Source of the DNA: a virus
Taxonomy: Duplodnaviria > Caudoviricetes
Length of the DNA stretch: 64,000 nucleotides
Virus record (IMG/VR): IMGVR_UViG_3300021256_000057
Span: 119,568 to 183,567 of that record
Direction: 5' to 3' (one strand)
The notes under the pieces are model-generated. The model ran no database searches. It was not told where the DNA came from and saw only the letters and a program-made list of their open reading frames with translations. The position numbers and the translations under genes are program-made. Every line of letters starts with the position of its first letter. Position 1 is the stretch's first letter. Shown piece after piece: positions 48,907 through 57,891 of the stretch.

Positions 48907-50013
48907 TTAGATTTGGATACCATTGATGTCTATGTTTGCGCCAGCTTCGATCGTTATCTTGTAGGTATCATTCTCCTTGGTCACTGTAACAGGGACTGAC
49001 ATATCCTTGATAGTGATCGAAAAACCGTCTCCATCGATTTTTGTTGACGTGTGTGCGATGTTTGATAGGTGAAGACTAGCATCGCCACAATGATCCTGAT
49101 AAGAACTATCTAGAGCGGACAGTCTCTCTTTTGCTACATCACAATTAAGCAGGACATTTGCAGCAGATCGAGCGTCTATCACAGATAGGTCATTATCATT
49201 TTTGTAGGAGTCCATAATGGCACAGATGCTAGTATTGATATTAGACAAGGTATTATAATCGATGCTCTCTCCAAGGGTATCTTCCAAAACAGAGTTCCAT
49301 GCAATAAGTTCCTGCTCTGCTGACATCACAAAGGATGCTCCAAGACCATGCTCAATGAAATAGCTGTTTGGATCATTTGCATCTTTACAGTAATACATGA
49401 CAGAGTTGATGTCGCTTTCTCTGTTCGTAAATGCAGGGAACATGAAGCCCTCTGTCGGATCCTTACTGATATACAGTTTTCTATCGGCCTCACTGGAGAA
49501 CTCCTCGCTTGTGAAGCTGAACGCAAATCCAGTGTCAGAAGATGCGATAGGGCAGATTGCAGTCACGATAAACTCAAACGGATACTCGTTGAAGTCGTCC
49601 TCTTCATCCATCTTATTCTTTCGGAACACTGTGTAGGTAAAATGTGCAGCGATGATAGCATACTGCACATCAGCACCAAGATTATTTGTGATCTGCTCGA
49701 CGAATACATCCTTAGAATACAGCCTATCTCGAACACAGTTGTATAGGATACCCTGCGGAGATTCATCGTTATACTCAGTATTCGTAAATCGGTACTCTGT
49801 GAACTTCTTGTTGAGTTTCCCTGTCAGAATAGGACGAAGTGTCTGATAGTACAAACCAAGTTCCCTATCTGTAAGCTCTGTGAATGATCTGAGTGTCTCA
49901 TACTTTACCTGGCCATCTGCATCTACGATCGTGGTGAGAACTCTATTAAGAACGAGATGGTCATCATCTGCTACAAGGTGCTTCTTGATCTCGCTTACAT
50001 CTCTTTTATTCAT
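48907..50013 (-). CDS. DUF4317-family protein
   Basis: MNKRDVSEIKK..AICP..GFMFPAFTNRESDINSVMYY. Confidence 0.75.
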   Translation of the reverse strand: MNKRDVSEIKKHLVADDDHLVLNRVLTTIVDADGQVKYETLRSFTELTDRELGLYYQTLRPILTGKLNKKFTEYRFTNTEYNDESPQGILYNCVRDRLYSKDVFVEQITNNLGADVQYAIIAAHFTYTVFRKNKMDEEDDFNEYPFEFIVTAICPIASSDTGFAFSFTSEEFSSEADRKLYISKDPTEGFMFPAFTNRESDINSVMYYCKDANDPNSYFIEHGLGASFVMSAEQELIAWNSVLEDTLGESIDYNTLSNINTSICAIMDSYKNDNDLSVIDARSAANVLLNCDVAKERLSALDSSYQDHCGDASLHLSNIAHTSTKIDGDGFSITIKDMSVPVTVTKENDTYKITIEAGANIDINGIQI

Positions 50014-50023
50014 GTTGACCTCC

Positions 50024-50317
50024 TTAAAAAGCATTCATAATAACTATGGTAAATACTATACCAATAATGATCCCGATAAGAATATCTCTGATCCGTGTAT
50101 GCAGCGCTTCATCAAAATTGATAGATGATGGATCCGGTAGCTTATAAGTGAACTTGTTCACTATGTTCTTTGTACTACAAACAGGGCAAGTCCATTGCTT
50201 TGCACCGTTGAAGGATTTGTCATAATCAGAATCATCGAGGATCACTTTTGTATGACAGTTGATGCATCTAGCCTTATCCGTCTTACCGGCTATCGCGCCG
50301 TACTTTGAAACGATCAT
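50024..50317 (-). CDS. zinc-ribbon membrane protein
   Basis: CINC..CPVC and C-terminal TM. Confidence 0.55.
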   Translation of the reverse strand: MIVSKYGAIAGKTDKARCINCHTKVILDDSDYDKSFNGAKQWTCPVCSTKNIVNKFTYKLPDPSSINFDEALHTRIRDILIGIIIGIVFTIVIMNAF

Positions 50318-50318
50318 T

Positions 50319-51122
50319 TTATCCACCCCCGATCTCGTACTTGCAAACAAAACATAGTTTAGCTAGAGCTGCGTGTTGTGCGATGCGCCCTCTCTGTATA
50401 TCCTTAATGCAGTTATAACAGGCACAGAATAGTCTTGTATCAGTCGCTGTATTCATTACATACTGCAAGGCTAGTTCTATAGGAACTGGTTGACCATTCT
50501 TGAACTTCTGCAACTTCCATAGGATACCGGACACAGAAGTATGACTAAACAAGATGCTCTCTGTCTGCATTATCTGGTCGTACTCATCCTGACCAAGTTT
50601 CATCAAGTCATCGATATCAGATGTCGTCCTGACGCAGTTCCATAATGGCATATTGCTCATGAGGATATTATGCTTTGCCGGGTCTACACCATTGCTATAT
50701 TGGATAAGGTCATCGGAGCGCATCATTCTTACATTGACTACTGACACCCGGCTAATAATAGTATCTGGGATGTCCTCTATATTCCTGCAAGTGATGACGA
50801 TATAGATGTTCTCAGGTGGCTCTTCGATGAACTTCAAAAGAGTGTATGATGCTGATACATTGCCCCTATCAAGGTTTTCAATACAGATAACAAGGTCATT
50901 ATGTATCGAGATACACTCATCGATCGCGTTTCTCAGGTCGCCGACATTAGGCTCGATAACAACAAAATCATTGATGCCTTTCATTTTGGCGAACTCTTTT
51001 GCGAGATAAGTTTTTCCAACACCTCGAAACCCTGCTATCAAAATGCTGTGAAGACCATTATCTGCAAGAGCTCGGATATCCTCTAGTGCAGTGGTCTGAT
51101 TTGAATAGGTCATGGGAATCAC
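50319..51122 (-). CDS. clamp-loader delta-prime-like AAA+ subunit
   Basis: GFRGVGKT, LLKFIEEPP, TIISR. Confidence 0.75.
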   Translation of the reverse strand: MIPMTYSNQTTALEDIRALADNGLHSILIAGFRGVGKTYLAKEFAKMKGINDFVVIEPNVGDLRNAIDECISIHNDLVICIENLDRGNVSASYTLLKFIEEPPENIYIVITCRNIEDIPDTIISRVSVVNVRMMRSDDLIQYSNGVDPAKHNILMSNMPLWNCVRTTSDIDDLMKLGQDEYDQIMQTESILFSHTSVSGILWKLQKFKNGQPVPIELALQYVMNTATDTRLFCACYNCIKDIQRGRIAQHAALAKLCFVCKYEIGGG

Positions 51123-52033
51123 CTACTTATGGACGGTGCAGACATCAAGCTCAACACACAAACAAGACCATCATACACATTGTAATAGGAGGAATTTCTT
51201 GATGTTGCTAACTCAGCGTATGTAGCCATAAACATGTTGTAGATGTCAGATGGTGTCCAGCATTTCAAATACTTGCCATACATGCATTTGTTGTTCTGAG
51301 AAGATAAACCTCGTTCAAGTTCAATTAACACAGATAAGATAGAATAGAATAACTGATCCTGTTTACCACTGTACTTATCTAACACTGAAATGCAGTATCC
51401 GAAGTTCCTTGCTGCTACTCCTGTTTTGAACGCAGTATCATCCTCTTCATCGACCGCGGTAAAAATCGTAGAGAGTTCTTGCATGGAATATGAAGCTACA
51501 AGCGCTGGGTCTGCGTAGCTTAACTCAGAACACATTGCATATGCACCAGCGTAGTCTTTCTTGATAGCGACTGCATTTTTTATCAAGTCAGGAGATAAGT
51601 CAGGAAAATCATTCATAAGGTACTTCACCACGAAATGATCAGCAACTGGGTCAATTGAAACTGTGTGATCAGGAAGATACTTTGATAGTTTTGATGTATC
51701 TTTTTCAGATTCATAGATACAAACGATAGTGCCTACGATTTTTGTTTTGTCTATCAGTGCTTCAGTATCTTTTGTTAGAGAAGCTATGAACGTATCGTCA
51801 TACCGAACAACATAGAGAGTAGGCACAGGCTTAAACAACTGTTTCTTATTGAAGAACTTGATAAGATCAATCACAGTATCTCGCTGCTCAACACGACCAT
51901 AGTGATTCTCCAATATCCGTAGATATTTTTGTTTCACACCATACTCTGTACCGACAAAGACATAAAAATTGGACGGTGTTCCAGTTAAGATAGCCTTGCC
52001 AACATCTTGAATCGTAAGCAAATATATCACCAC
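51119..52033 (-). CDS. clamp-loader delta (HolA)-like subunit
   Basis: NFYVFVGTEY N-terminus and QLF motif; context. Confidence 0.55.
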   Translation of the reverse strand: MVIYLLTIQDVGKAILTGTPSNFYVFVGTEYGVKQKYLRILENHYGRVEQRDTVIDLIKFFNKKQLFKPVPTLYVVRYDDTFIASLTKDTEALIDKTKIVGTIVCIYESEKDTSKLSKYLPDHTVSIDPVADHFVVKYLMNDFPDLSPDLIKNAVAIKKDYAGAYAMCSELSYADPALVASYSMQELSTIFTAVDEEDDTAFKTGVAARNFGYCISVLDKYSGKQDQLFYSILSVLIELERGLSSQNNKCMYGKYLKCWTPSDIYNMFMATYAELATSRNSSYYNVYDGLVCVLSLMSAPSISR

Positions 52034-52041
52034 CTAATCTC

Positions 52042-52524
52042 TCAGTCAGTCTCCAACATCTCCTTGAATGTGACAAGGCGCATAATAACTAGCGTGTTAC
52101 CATCGATCGAGATGTTTCCGTACTCTTTATAACGAATGATGTCATACATATCTAAATGAGAAAATGTTATCCTAGTCTTTGAATCACGATAAGTAATAGA
52201 TACATGGCCTAGGTTATCTTTATCTACAAACTTCTCATCAACTACCGCCCATGTTCCTTGTTTTGACTGAGTACCATTGTCAACAAACAAAACAGGCTTC
52301 TTCAAGCATGACATCGCCTCATTAGAGATCTTACGCCAAACATCCTTATCGATCGTGATCTTATCTATGACTGTAGTATGTGTCTTACACTCACCTAGCC
52401 ATTCATCGGACTTTACGTCACCTGGATTAAACGGCCTCGCCCCACTTGCAGAGACCGTTTTCCATCCAAGAAGATCCTGTATCATTTTTTCATGCTTGTT
52501 ACTATAGACTTTCGTCGCTTCCTT
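52042..52524 (-). CDS. Holliday junction resolvase-like PD-(D/E)xK nuclease
   Basis: HEK..SGA..GDV..ECKT. Confidence 0.7.
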   Translation of the reverse strand, partial: KEATKVYSNKHEKMIQDLLGWKTVSASGARPFNPGDVKSDEWLGECKTHTTVIDKITIDKDVWRKISNEAMSCLKKPVLFVDNGTQSKQGTWAVVDEKFVDKDNLGHVSITYRDSKTRITFSHLDMYDIIRYKEYGNISIDGNTLVIMRLVTFKEMLETD

Positions 52525-53668
52525 CATCGACCGTTGACACCCCATTTATATCGTCCAAGATGAACTGCTTTAGTTTCTCGTAGTAATCTGGATGCTCCTT
52601 GAAGTAATCATATACTTTAGGCATACCATGTACCTTAACAGGCTTTTCACCATCCATAACTGGTTCCATAGTAGCTGGGTCGTTCATCATGAACCATGCA
52701 CCGCTCTTACGAACAATGCCGTACTTGTTTACAGCAAGTGTCCCATAGTCAAGTTCTGGTACGATGCCCCTATCGCACATGAGGAAGTATGTTGACTTCT
52801 TACGATCAAACGATGCGGTTTTTTGCTTTATAAGCTGTACTTCGATCTTATATCCTGCTGGGTTTTCTGCGTTCATCGGCAGATCATTACCAAGGAAATC
52901 TACTGGTGTACCTCTTCTAAAATAGCATCTTAGAGAACTATAGAACTCTATCGCCTTGCCGCCTGGTGTGCGTATCACATGGGGATTGAGAATGTTCTCA
53001 CGGATTTGGTTAATCAGCAGTAGTGTACAGTCATATCTTGTAAGAATTGAGACTACCTTCGTGCAGAATGTGGTCATAAGCCCTGCCAATGGGGCAACTG
53101 TAGCTTCTCCAAGTTTCTTATCAAGCATCTTTGCGGGAGTAAGCGCCGGAACAGAATCAATGACGACCATACCGACTTCCCCAGTCTCTATCAATTCAAG
53201 AACAGACTGCAATATCTCCTCACCAGGAACATTTGGAGGTTGCATTACCTCAATAGAGGTTCTATCAAGACCAAGGACTTTGGCCCACTTGATATCAAAA
53301 CCATGCTCAACGTCTATATACAGGACTTTCTTTGGACCCTGCTCGATAAGGTCGTCAAGGAAGCCGGATACAGACTTATCACCAGATGCCAATTTGTCTT
53401 GTAGCTCTGACTTCTTTGCCTCAAACTCTTCCTCAAAGACTGTCACAGCATTTTTGCAGGCATCAATAGCAGAAGTAGACTTTCCAGATCCAGGCTCACC
53501 AAAGAACTCGATCATACGCCCTCTTGGGAGTCCACCATACATTGACCAATTGACTAGAGGGCTAGACATCTGTATCCTTCCAATATCTCGATTGATCGCG
53601 CTTGACATCAATTCATCGCAGTTCCAAGCCTTCTGTCTTTTCTTGATTATGTCAGCAAAACTTGACAT
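52502..53668 (-). CDS. recA: RecA/UvsX recombinase
   Basis: GGLPRGRMIEFFGEPGSGKS, VVIDSV, INQIR, TPGGKA. Confidence 0.92.
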   Translation of the reverse strand: MSSFADIIKKRQKAWNCDELMSSAINRDIGRIQMSSPLVNWSMYGGLPRGRMIEFFGEPGSGKSTSAIDACKNAVTVFEEEFEAKKSELQDKLASGDKSVSGFLDDLIEQGPKKVLYIDVEHGFDIKWAKVLGLDRTSIEVMQPPNVPGEEILQSVLELIETGEVGMVVIDSVPALTPAKMLDKKLGEATVAPLAGLMTTFCTKVVSILTRYDCTLLLINQIRENILNPHVIRTPGGKAIEFYSSLRCYFRRGTPVDFLGNDLPMNAENPAGYKIEVQLIKQKTASFDRKKSTYFLMCDRGIVPELDYGTLAVNKYGIVRKSGAWFMMNDPATMEPVMDGEKPVKVHGMPKVYDYFKEHPDYYEKLKQFILDDINGVSTVDEGSDESL

Positions 53669-53684
53669 ACAGAGAACAGCTCCT

Positions 53685-54233
53685 TCATTTGATATAAGTT
53701 TTCAATTTGTAATCAGGTAGCTCATCATAATTACCGGGAGATACTGGATTTGATAGTTCTGTCTTTCGTCTGGCATCCCATATCTTCTTAGCACTCATGA
53801 TAAGCTCTTTTGCAAATGTGACTTCCTTCTCAGCTCGCTCGATCAAAGAAGAATAAACAGATGATAGCAGTTTGTACTCCATCGAGCTTGTCTCTGCCAT
53901 GTCCTTTGCAGCGGCTTTTGTCATACCATCAGAGATAGCATCATTTGTTCGTTCATCAAGTAGCTCTTTGTACTTCATCTTCACTACTTCGTTAGAGATA
54001 CGGAAATTATTGATCTCCTCCGACACATCGAACAGCAAGACAGGCAGTGACATTAAGATAAAAGACAGCTCTTCATCTGTGATCTGATGCTCTTTATCCT
54101 TTAGTCTATCAAACATATCTCGGCAGTCCTTGAAGTATGGATAAAACCGATTTGCATACAGTTCATCAGACCATTGCTTCACAGCATTTACATCTTCAAG
54201 AACATCATTACATGCTTTATTTAGATCAATCAT
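53685..54233 (-). CDS. helical protein, possible UvsY-like mediator
   Basis: Coiled coil adjacent to recA. Confidence 0.35.
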   Translation of the reverse strand: MIDLNKACNDVLEDVNAVKQWSDELYANRFYPYFKDCRDMFDRLKDKEHQITDEELSFILMSLPVLLFDVSEEINNFRISNEVVKMKYKELLDERTNDAISDGMTKAAAKDMAETSSMEYKLLSSVYSSLIERAEKEVTFAKELIMSAKKIWDARRKTELSNPVSPGNYDELPDYKLKTYIK

Positions 54234-56011
54234 GATGCTGACTCCTTCTTAGGTTTGGAACACAAGTATGTGATCGCGATCTCCTGCTGATATTGAGAAG
54301 ATTTCAACTCATGAATCATTGGAACAAGTCTAGTAGATAGGCCTTGGCAAATAGTTGCATGAGGTTGCCCATATGATGACATTTTACTCTCATAATTTGC
54401 AGGGATCATCGTTCTTGACATGTCCCTTAAATAGATATACTTTATGACGTTGATCACAAATGAATGGAACTCCTCGAACCATTTTGTGAAATTGACCCCT
54501 GAATTGTAAACAGTATCGATGATATCTGTGATCTTGACATTATCCTTTTTTGATATAGCCCCAAGCAGAGCAAAGTAATCATCATACTGACCAAGGCCGA
54601 TGGCATCTACAACAGATTCAGATGTGATATCCTTGCTATAAGCCAGAACTTTATCAAGCAGAGTTAGAGCATCTCGCATACCGCCGTTTGCCTTCTTTGC
54701 GATAAAGTTCAAAGCGGCATCTTCGTATTGGATGGTATCACCGTTCATGATCTCTGTATCCAAAATGTGCTTCATCCTAGAGAAGATGCCATCTACGCTG
54801 ATCTTAGATAATTGAAATATCTGTACTCTTGATAGGATCGTGTTAGGTATCTTCTCTGGATTTGTAGTGGCGAGCATAAACACTGTCTTTGCTGGTGATT
54901 CTTCCAAGCACTTTAGCAGAGCCTGAAATGCAGCGCTAGACAAAGCATGTACCTCATCAATGATGTAGACCTTATACTTCGTACCTACTGGGTACTTCTG
55001 AGCATCTTGCACGATCTCGCGGATACGATCTACACCACTGTAAGAAGCTGCATCTATCTCAATGAGACCACCCTTATTTTCGTTCAACGTATTTGCAACA
55101 CATCTACAAAGGGTCGTGTTGTGTGTGATCGTATAGTTATCTGTGAAATAAGTGTGACAGTCGCTCTCTACATATATGCACTGACAATCTTTGAGACCGA
55201 TATATTCAATATCTGTGATATATCTATCTACATCCCCTGTGTCGATCTTAACATGATATTCGCCGTCGTTGGTATCAAGTGTACACAGATATCCAAGGGA
55301 TCTTCCAGCAGACACCATGTATTCAGCAAGATTTTTGAACTTTGTTGTGTAGTTGTATTTCTGATGAGGCTTTATTGGCTTCTGCAAAATACCAGCAAGG
55401 ATGTGGTGACGTGTAGTGGATGCTGTATGTAAATACTTCAGCGGGATATTGGATGCTGACCAGTCAAGGTTTGTCATGACCTTACCAATAGAGCAGTTGC
55501 CTACAATATCGAACCATCTATCATCACACCAGCAGTCGATCTCATGCATAGGCACACATACTCTTACATGATCAGACTTTTCTTTGAATGTAGAGAGGAG
55601 CTGTACAGTATCAAGGATAGTATCACTCTTCCTTCCTGTAGTCATATCATGAATGATCACTGGGTTCAAGTGGTTGTCTGCTACTTCAAAAGATGTACCA
55701 TCACAAAGATAGATCCTGAATACTAGCCGCTTTCCTTGTGGAAATACTGCTTTTACCTTTGTGATCTTGCCCTCACCATCGACGACTTTATCTCCCTCGT
55801 GGATGTCACTCATCTTCCGATACCCTTTATCAGGGGTCAATACTAGACTTGTGAGAGGCTGTGCCTTACCGCATCCAGCAGGCCCCACAAATAGGAAGTT
55901 TCGGAAGTTTAGAGGCTCAGTCTTACACAGGTTTTCAAGGATATGCACGACCAACTTCTGCTCGGTCACATCATCAAACGTCTTCGGCCTATAGTCGTTA
56001 GCAAGAGACAT
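54230..56011 (-). CDS. dnaX: clamp-loader gamma/tau subunit with intein
   Basis: LANDYRPKTFDDV, GPAGCGK|TT, EIDAAS, IIDEVH, TILSR. Confidence 0.92.
   Translation of the reverse strand: MSLANDYRPKTFDDVTEQKLVVHILENLCKTEPLNFRNFLFVGPAGCGKAQPLTSLVLTPDKGYRKMSDIHEGDKVVDGEGKITKVKAVFPQGKRLVFRIYLCDGTSFEVADNHLNPVIIHDMTTGRKSDTILDTVQLLSTFKEKSDHVRVCVPMHEIDCWCDDRWFDIVGNCSIGKVMTNLDWSASNIPLKYLHTASTTRHHILAGILQKPIKPHQKYNYTTKFKNLAEYMVSAGRSLGYLCTLDTNDGEYHVKIDTGDVDRYITDIEYIGLKDCQCIYVESDCHTYFTDNYTITHNTTLCRCVANTLNENKGGLIEIDAASYSGVDRIREIVQDAQKYPVGTKYKVYIIDEVHALSSAAFQALLKCLEESPAKTVFMLATTNPEKIPNTILSRVQIFQLSKISVDGIFSRMKHILDTEIMNGDTIQYEDAALNFIAKKANGGMRDALTLLDKVLAYSKDITSESVVDAIGLGQYDDYFALLGAISKKDNVKITDIIDTVYNSGVNFTKWFEEFHSFVINVIKYIYLRDMSRTMIPANYESKMSSYGQPHATICQGLSTRLVPMIHELKSSQYQQEIAITYLCSKPKKESAS
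55118..55864 (-). mobile_element. Ala1 (class 3-like) intein, 249 aa, in DnaX Walker A
   Basis: K|AQPL...DNHLN...CQCIYV...ITHN|T. Confidence 0.9.
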
Positions 56012-56017
56012 GATTCT

Positions 56018-56785
56018 TCACCACTCTTTACATGCAGATTTGTACTCACAATTAGAGCACATGTAATCGTTGACAGGGAGACGTTCTGGAGCGATGTTTT
56101 TCGTCACGCAGTCCGTAACTTGTTCAAACGTAAATAGTATGCTATCGAAGTCGATTTGTGTGAATGTGACCTCAAAGCACTTCCATTCTCCATTTGTCCT
56201 GTCTTCATATATAACGAGTGCGCGTGGTATTTTAAGTAGTGTGCAGTAACACTTTACTTGATCCATATGGATGTCCTTTGGCTTGGACAGATTTGTAAAC
56301 GCTGAATGATCAGATGTTTTGATCTCAATTAGATAGATCTCGTTTCTGATTCTAGCTATGCCATCGCAGGCAAATCTGATAGGCGGATCTGCTATAGTGA
56401 TCTGTGTCTCAAACCCTGACACTACTGTCTTGTACTCATACCCTATCGGATGGGTTCTCAGATACTCATCTACATTGATCCAATCCTCACCCAAGGCTCT
56501 ACTGAGTACATACTGGATGTCAGCATGACGATGTGTTCCAATACATGCTCTATAATCAAGACCGATATCGACATCTCCACTAAGCTCTGGTGTCACGCCT
56601 CTAAGCCGAAACCACTGCTTGCGCTTGCAACGTAAGGAACTGGGTGAGAATGTTTTAGAATGAGGCCGTGTGGCGTTTGAAATAATATCCTTCTTTACAG
56701 CATTTTTGTAAATATCTATAATTTCAGCACTAGCAGCGCTGTTGAACGCTGCTAGTGTAGAAAAATCAAATGCACGGAACATCAA
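56018..56785 (-). CDS. Cas4-like PD-(D/E)xK exonuclease
   Basis: PSSLRC, GTHRH, DG..EIKT, QxxxY, CSNCEYKSAC. Confidence 0.8.
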   Translation of the reverse strand: MMFRAFDFSTLAAFNSAASAEIIDIYKNAVKKDIISNATRPHSKTFSPSSLRCKRKQWFRLRGVTPELSGDVDIGLDYRACIGTHRHADIQYVLSRALGEDWINVDEYLRTHPIGYEYKTVVSGFETQITIADPPIRFACDGIARIRNEIYLIEIKTSDHSAFTNLSKPKDIHMDQVKCYCTLLKIPRALVIYEDRTNGEWKCFEVTFTQIDFDSILFTFEQVTDCVTKNIAPERLPVNDYMCSNCEYKSACKEW

Positions 56786-57891
56786 CCATTTACCGAAGCA
56801 ACAACGATCGTCAGATTACCACTTGTGATAGTAATACCAGCAAGTTCATCATCAGAGTTGTATGTAGGACTGATGCCGATAGTTGTCTCCGATACGTTGC
56901 CAATGATAGTTTTAAGATCGGAGATAGGGAGGATAACCGTATACGGATCATTGGGGCCTCCAGCAGCGTCGATCTCGCACAGAGCACCATCCGCAGTAAA
57001 TGTAATGTGATCGGATGATACCTCACAACGAATCACACTGTCTCTGTTTGCGACAAGCGATACCTGAGAGAGCATGGTCTTGATCTCACTCACAGAAGCA
57101 GAAGAAACCGGGAGGCCAACAACAGACATGAGAGGGATGATGCTAGATGCATTGTAGTCCCATACATCAGACTCATACTGAGGTGTGAACTCTGATGTGA
57201 ACTCATATCCATCAGTCTTAACATGAATCACATACGAATCACCGTTGCTATAGATAGATGCTCCGTCCGGCATAGATGTAAGGAGATTGATGATGCTGTC
57301 AGACAGAAGGCAAGTATTATCAAAGGTAGATGTATTGTTGCTGTGAGTAAACAGAGATGTCTGCATATTACCTACGAGCACATCGCCATCCTTACCAGAA
57401 TACACATAAGTATACACAGGATACTTTGTATCCGTGGCCTTTGCAAACATCTGATGTGCCTTTACGAACGCCCATCCACTTTTCTCAAGAGTTACTGCCT
57501 GTGAGGACAGTTTACCCACATTTGTAGGCTTATTGATCGAGACTTCAGATGCATCCATGATAGTAGGCAACGTAAAGCGGCTCTTTCCTGCCATGATCTC
57601 CAAGAAGTCCTCATTGAAGATCATTGTGATCTGAGGTGCTGTGATAGTTGATACAAGTTTCTTGAACTGTGCAGAGTCTACGATGATAGTAGCAGGATCA
57701 CCTTCCAGAGACCCAGCAAGGCGGATTTCAGAAATGATCGCAACAGACTCAACATCAATAGACAGATAGTTTGCATCAACCGTAAGCTGTGCGACCATAG
57801 ACTTCTGATAATACTGAGTGATATTGGAATCTACAATGCCGATTCCGATGCTGTTCTTCAGCGGCTTTGTGCTAATAGTGAATTTAGTCAT
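56782..57891 (-). CDS. beta sliding clamp-like protein
   Basis: 369 aa, beta-rich, AGKSRFTLPT motif, next to DnaX and PolA. Confidence 0.7.
   Translation of the reverse strand: MTKFTISTKPLKNSIGIGIVDSNITQYYQKSMVAQLTVDANYLSIDVESVAIISEIRLAGSLEGDPATIIVDSAQFKKLVSTITAPQITMIFNEDFLEIMAGKSRFTLPTIMDASEVSINKPTNVGKLSSQAVTLEKSGWAFVKAHQMFAKATDTKYPVYTYVYSGKDGDVLVGNMQTSLFTHSNNTSTFDNTCLLSDSIINLLTSMPDGASIYSNGDSYVIHVKTDGYEFTSEFTPQYESDVWDYNASSIIPLMSVVGLPVSSASVSEIKTMLSQVSLVANRDSVIRCEVSSDHITFTADGALCEIDAAGGPNDPYTVILPISDLKTIIGNVSETTIGISPTYNSDDELAGITITSGNLTIVVASVNG

Noticed and set aside
56018-56785. CRISPR-Cas adaptation module
   Set aside because: Solo Cas4-like nuclease in a recombination operon; no cas1/cas2 or array.
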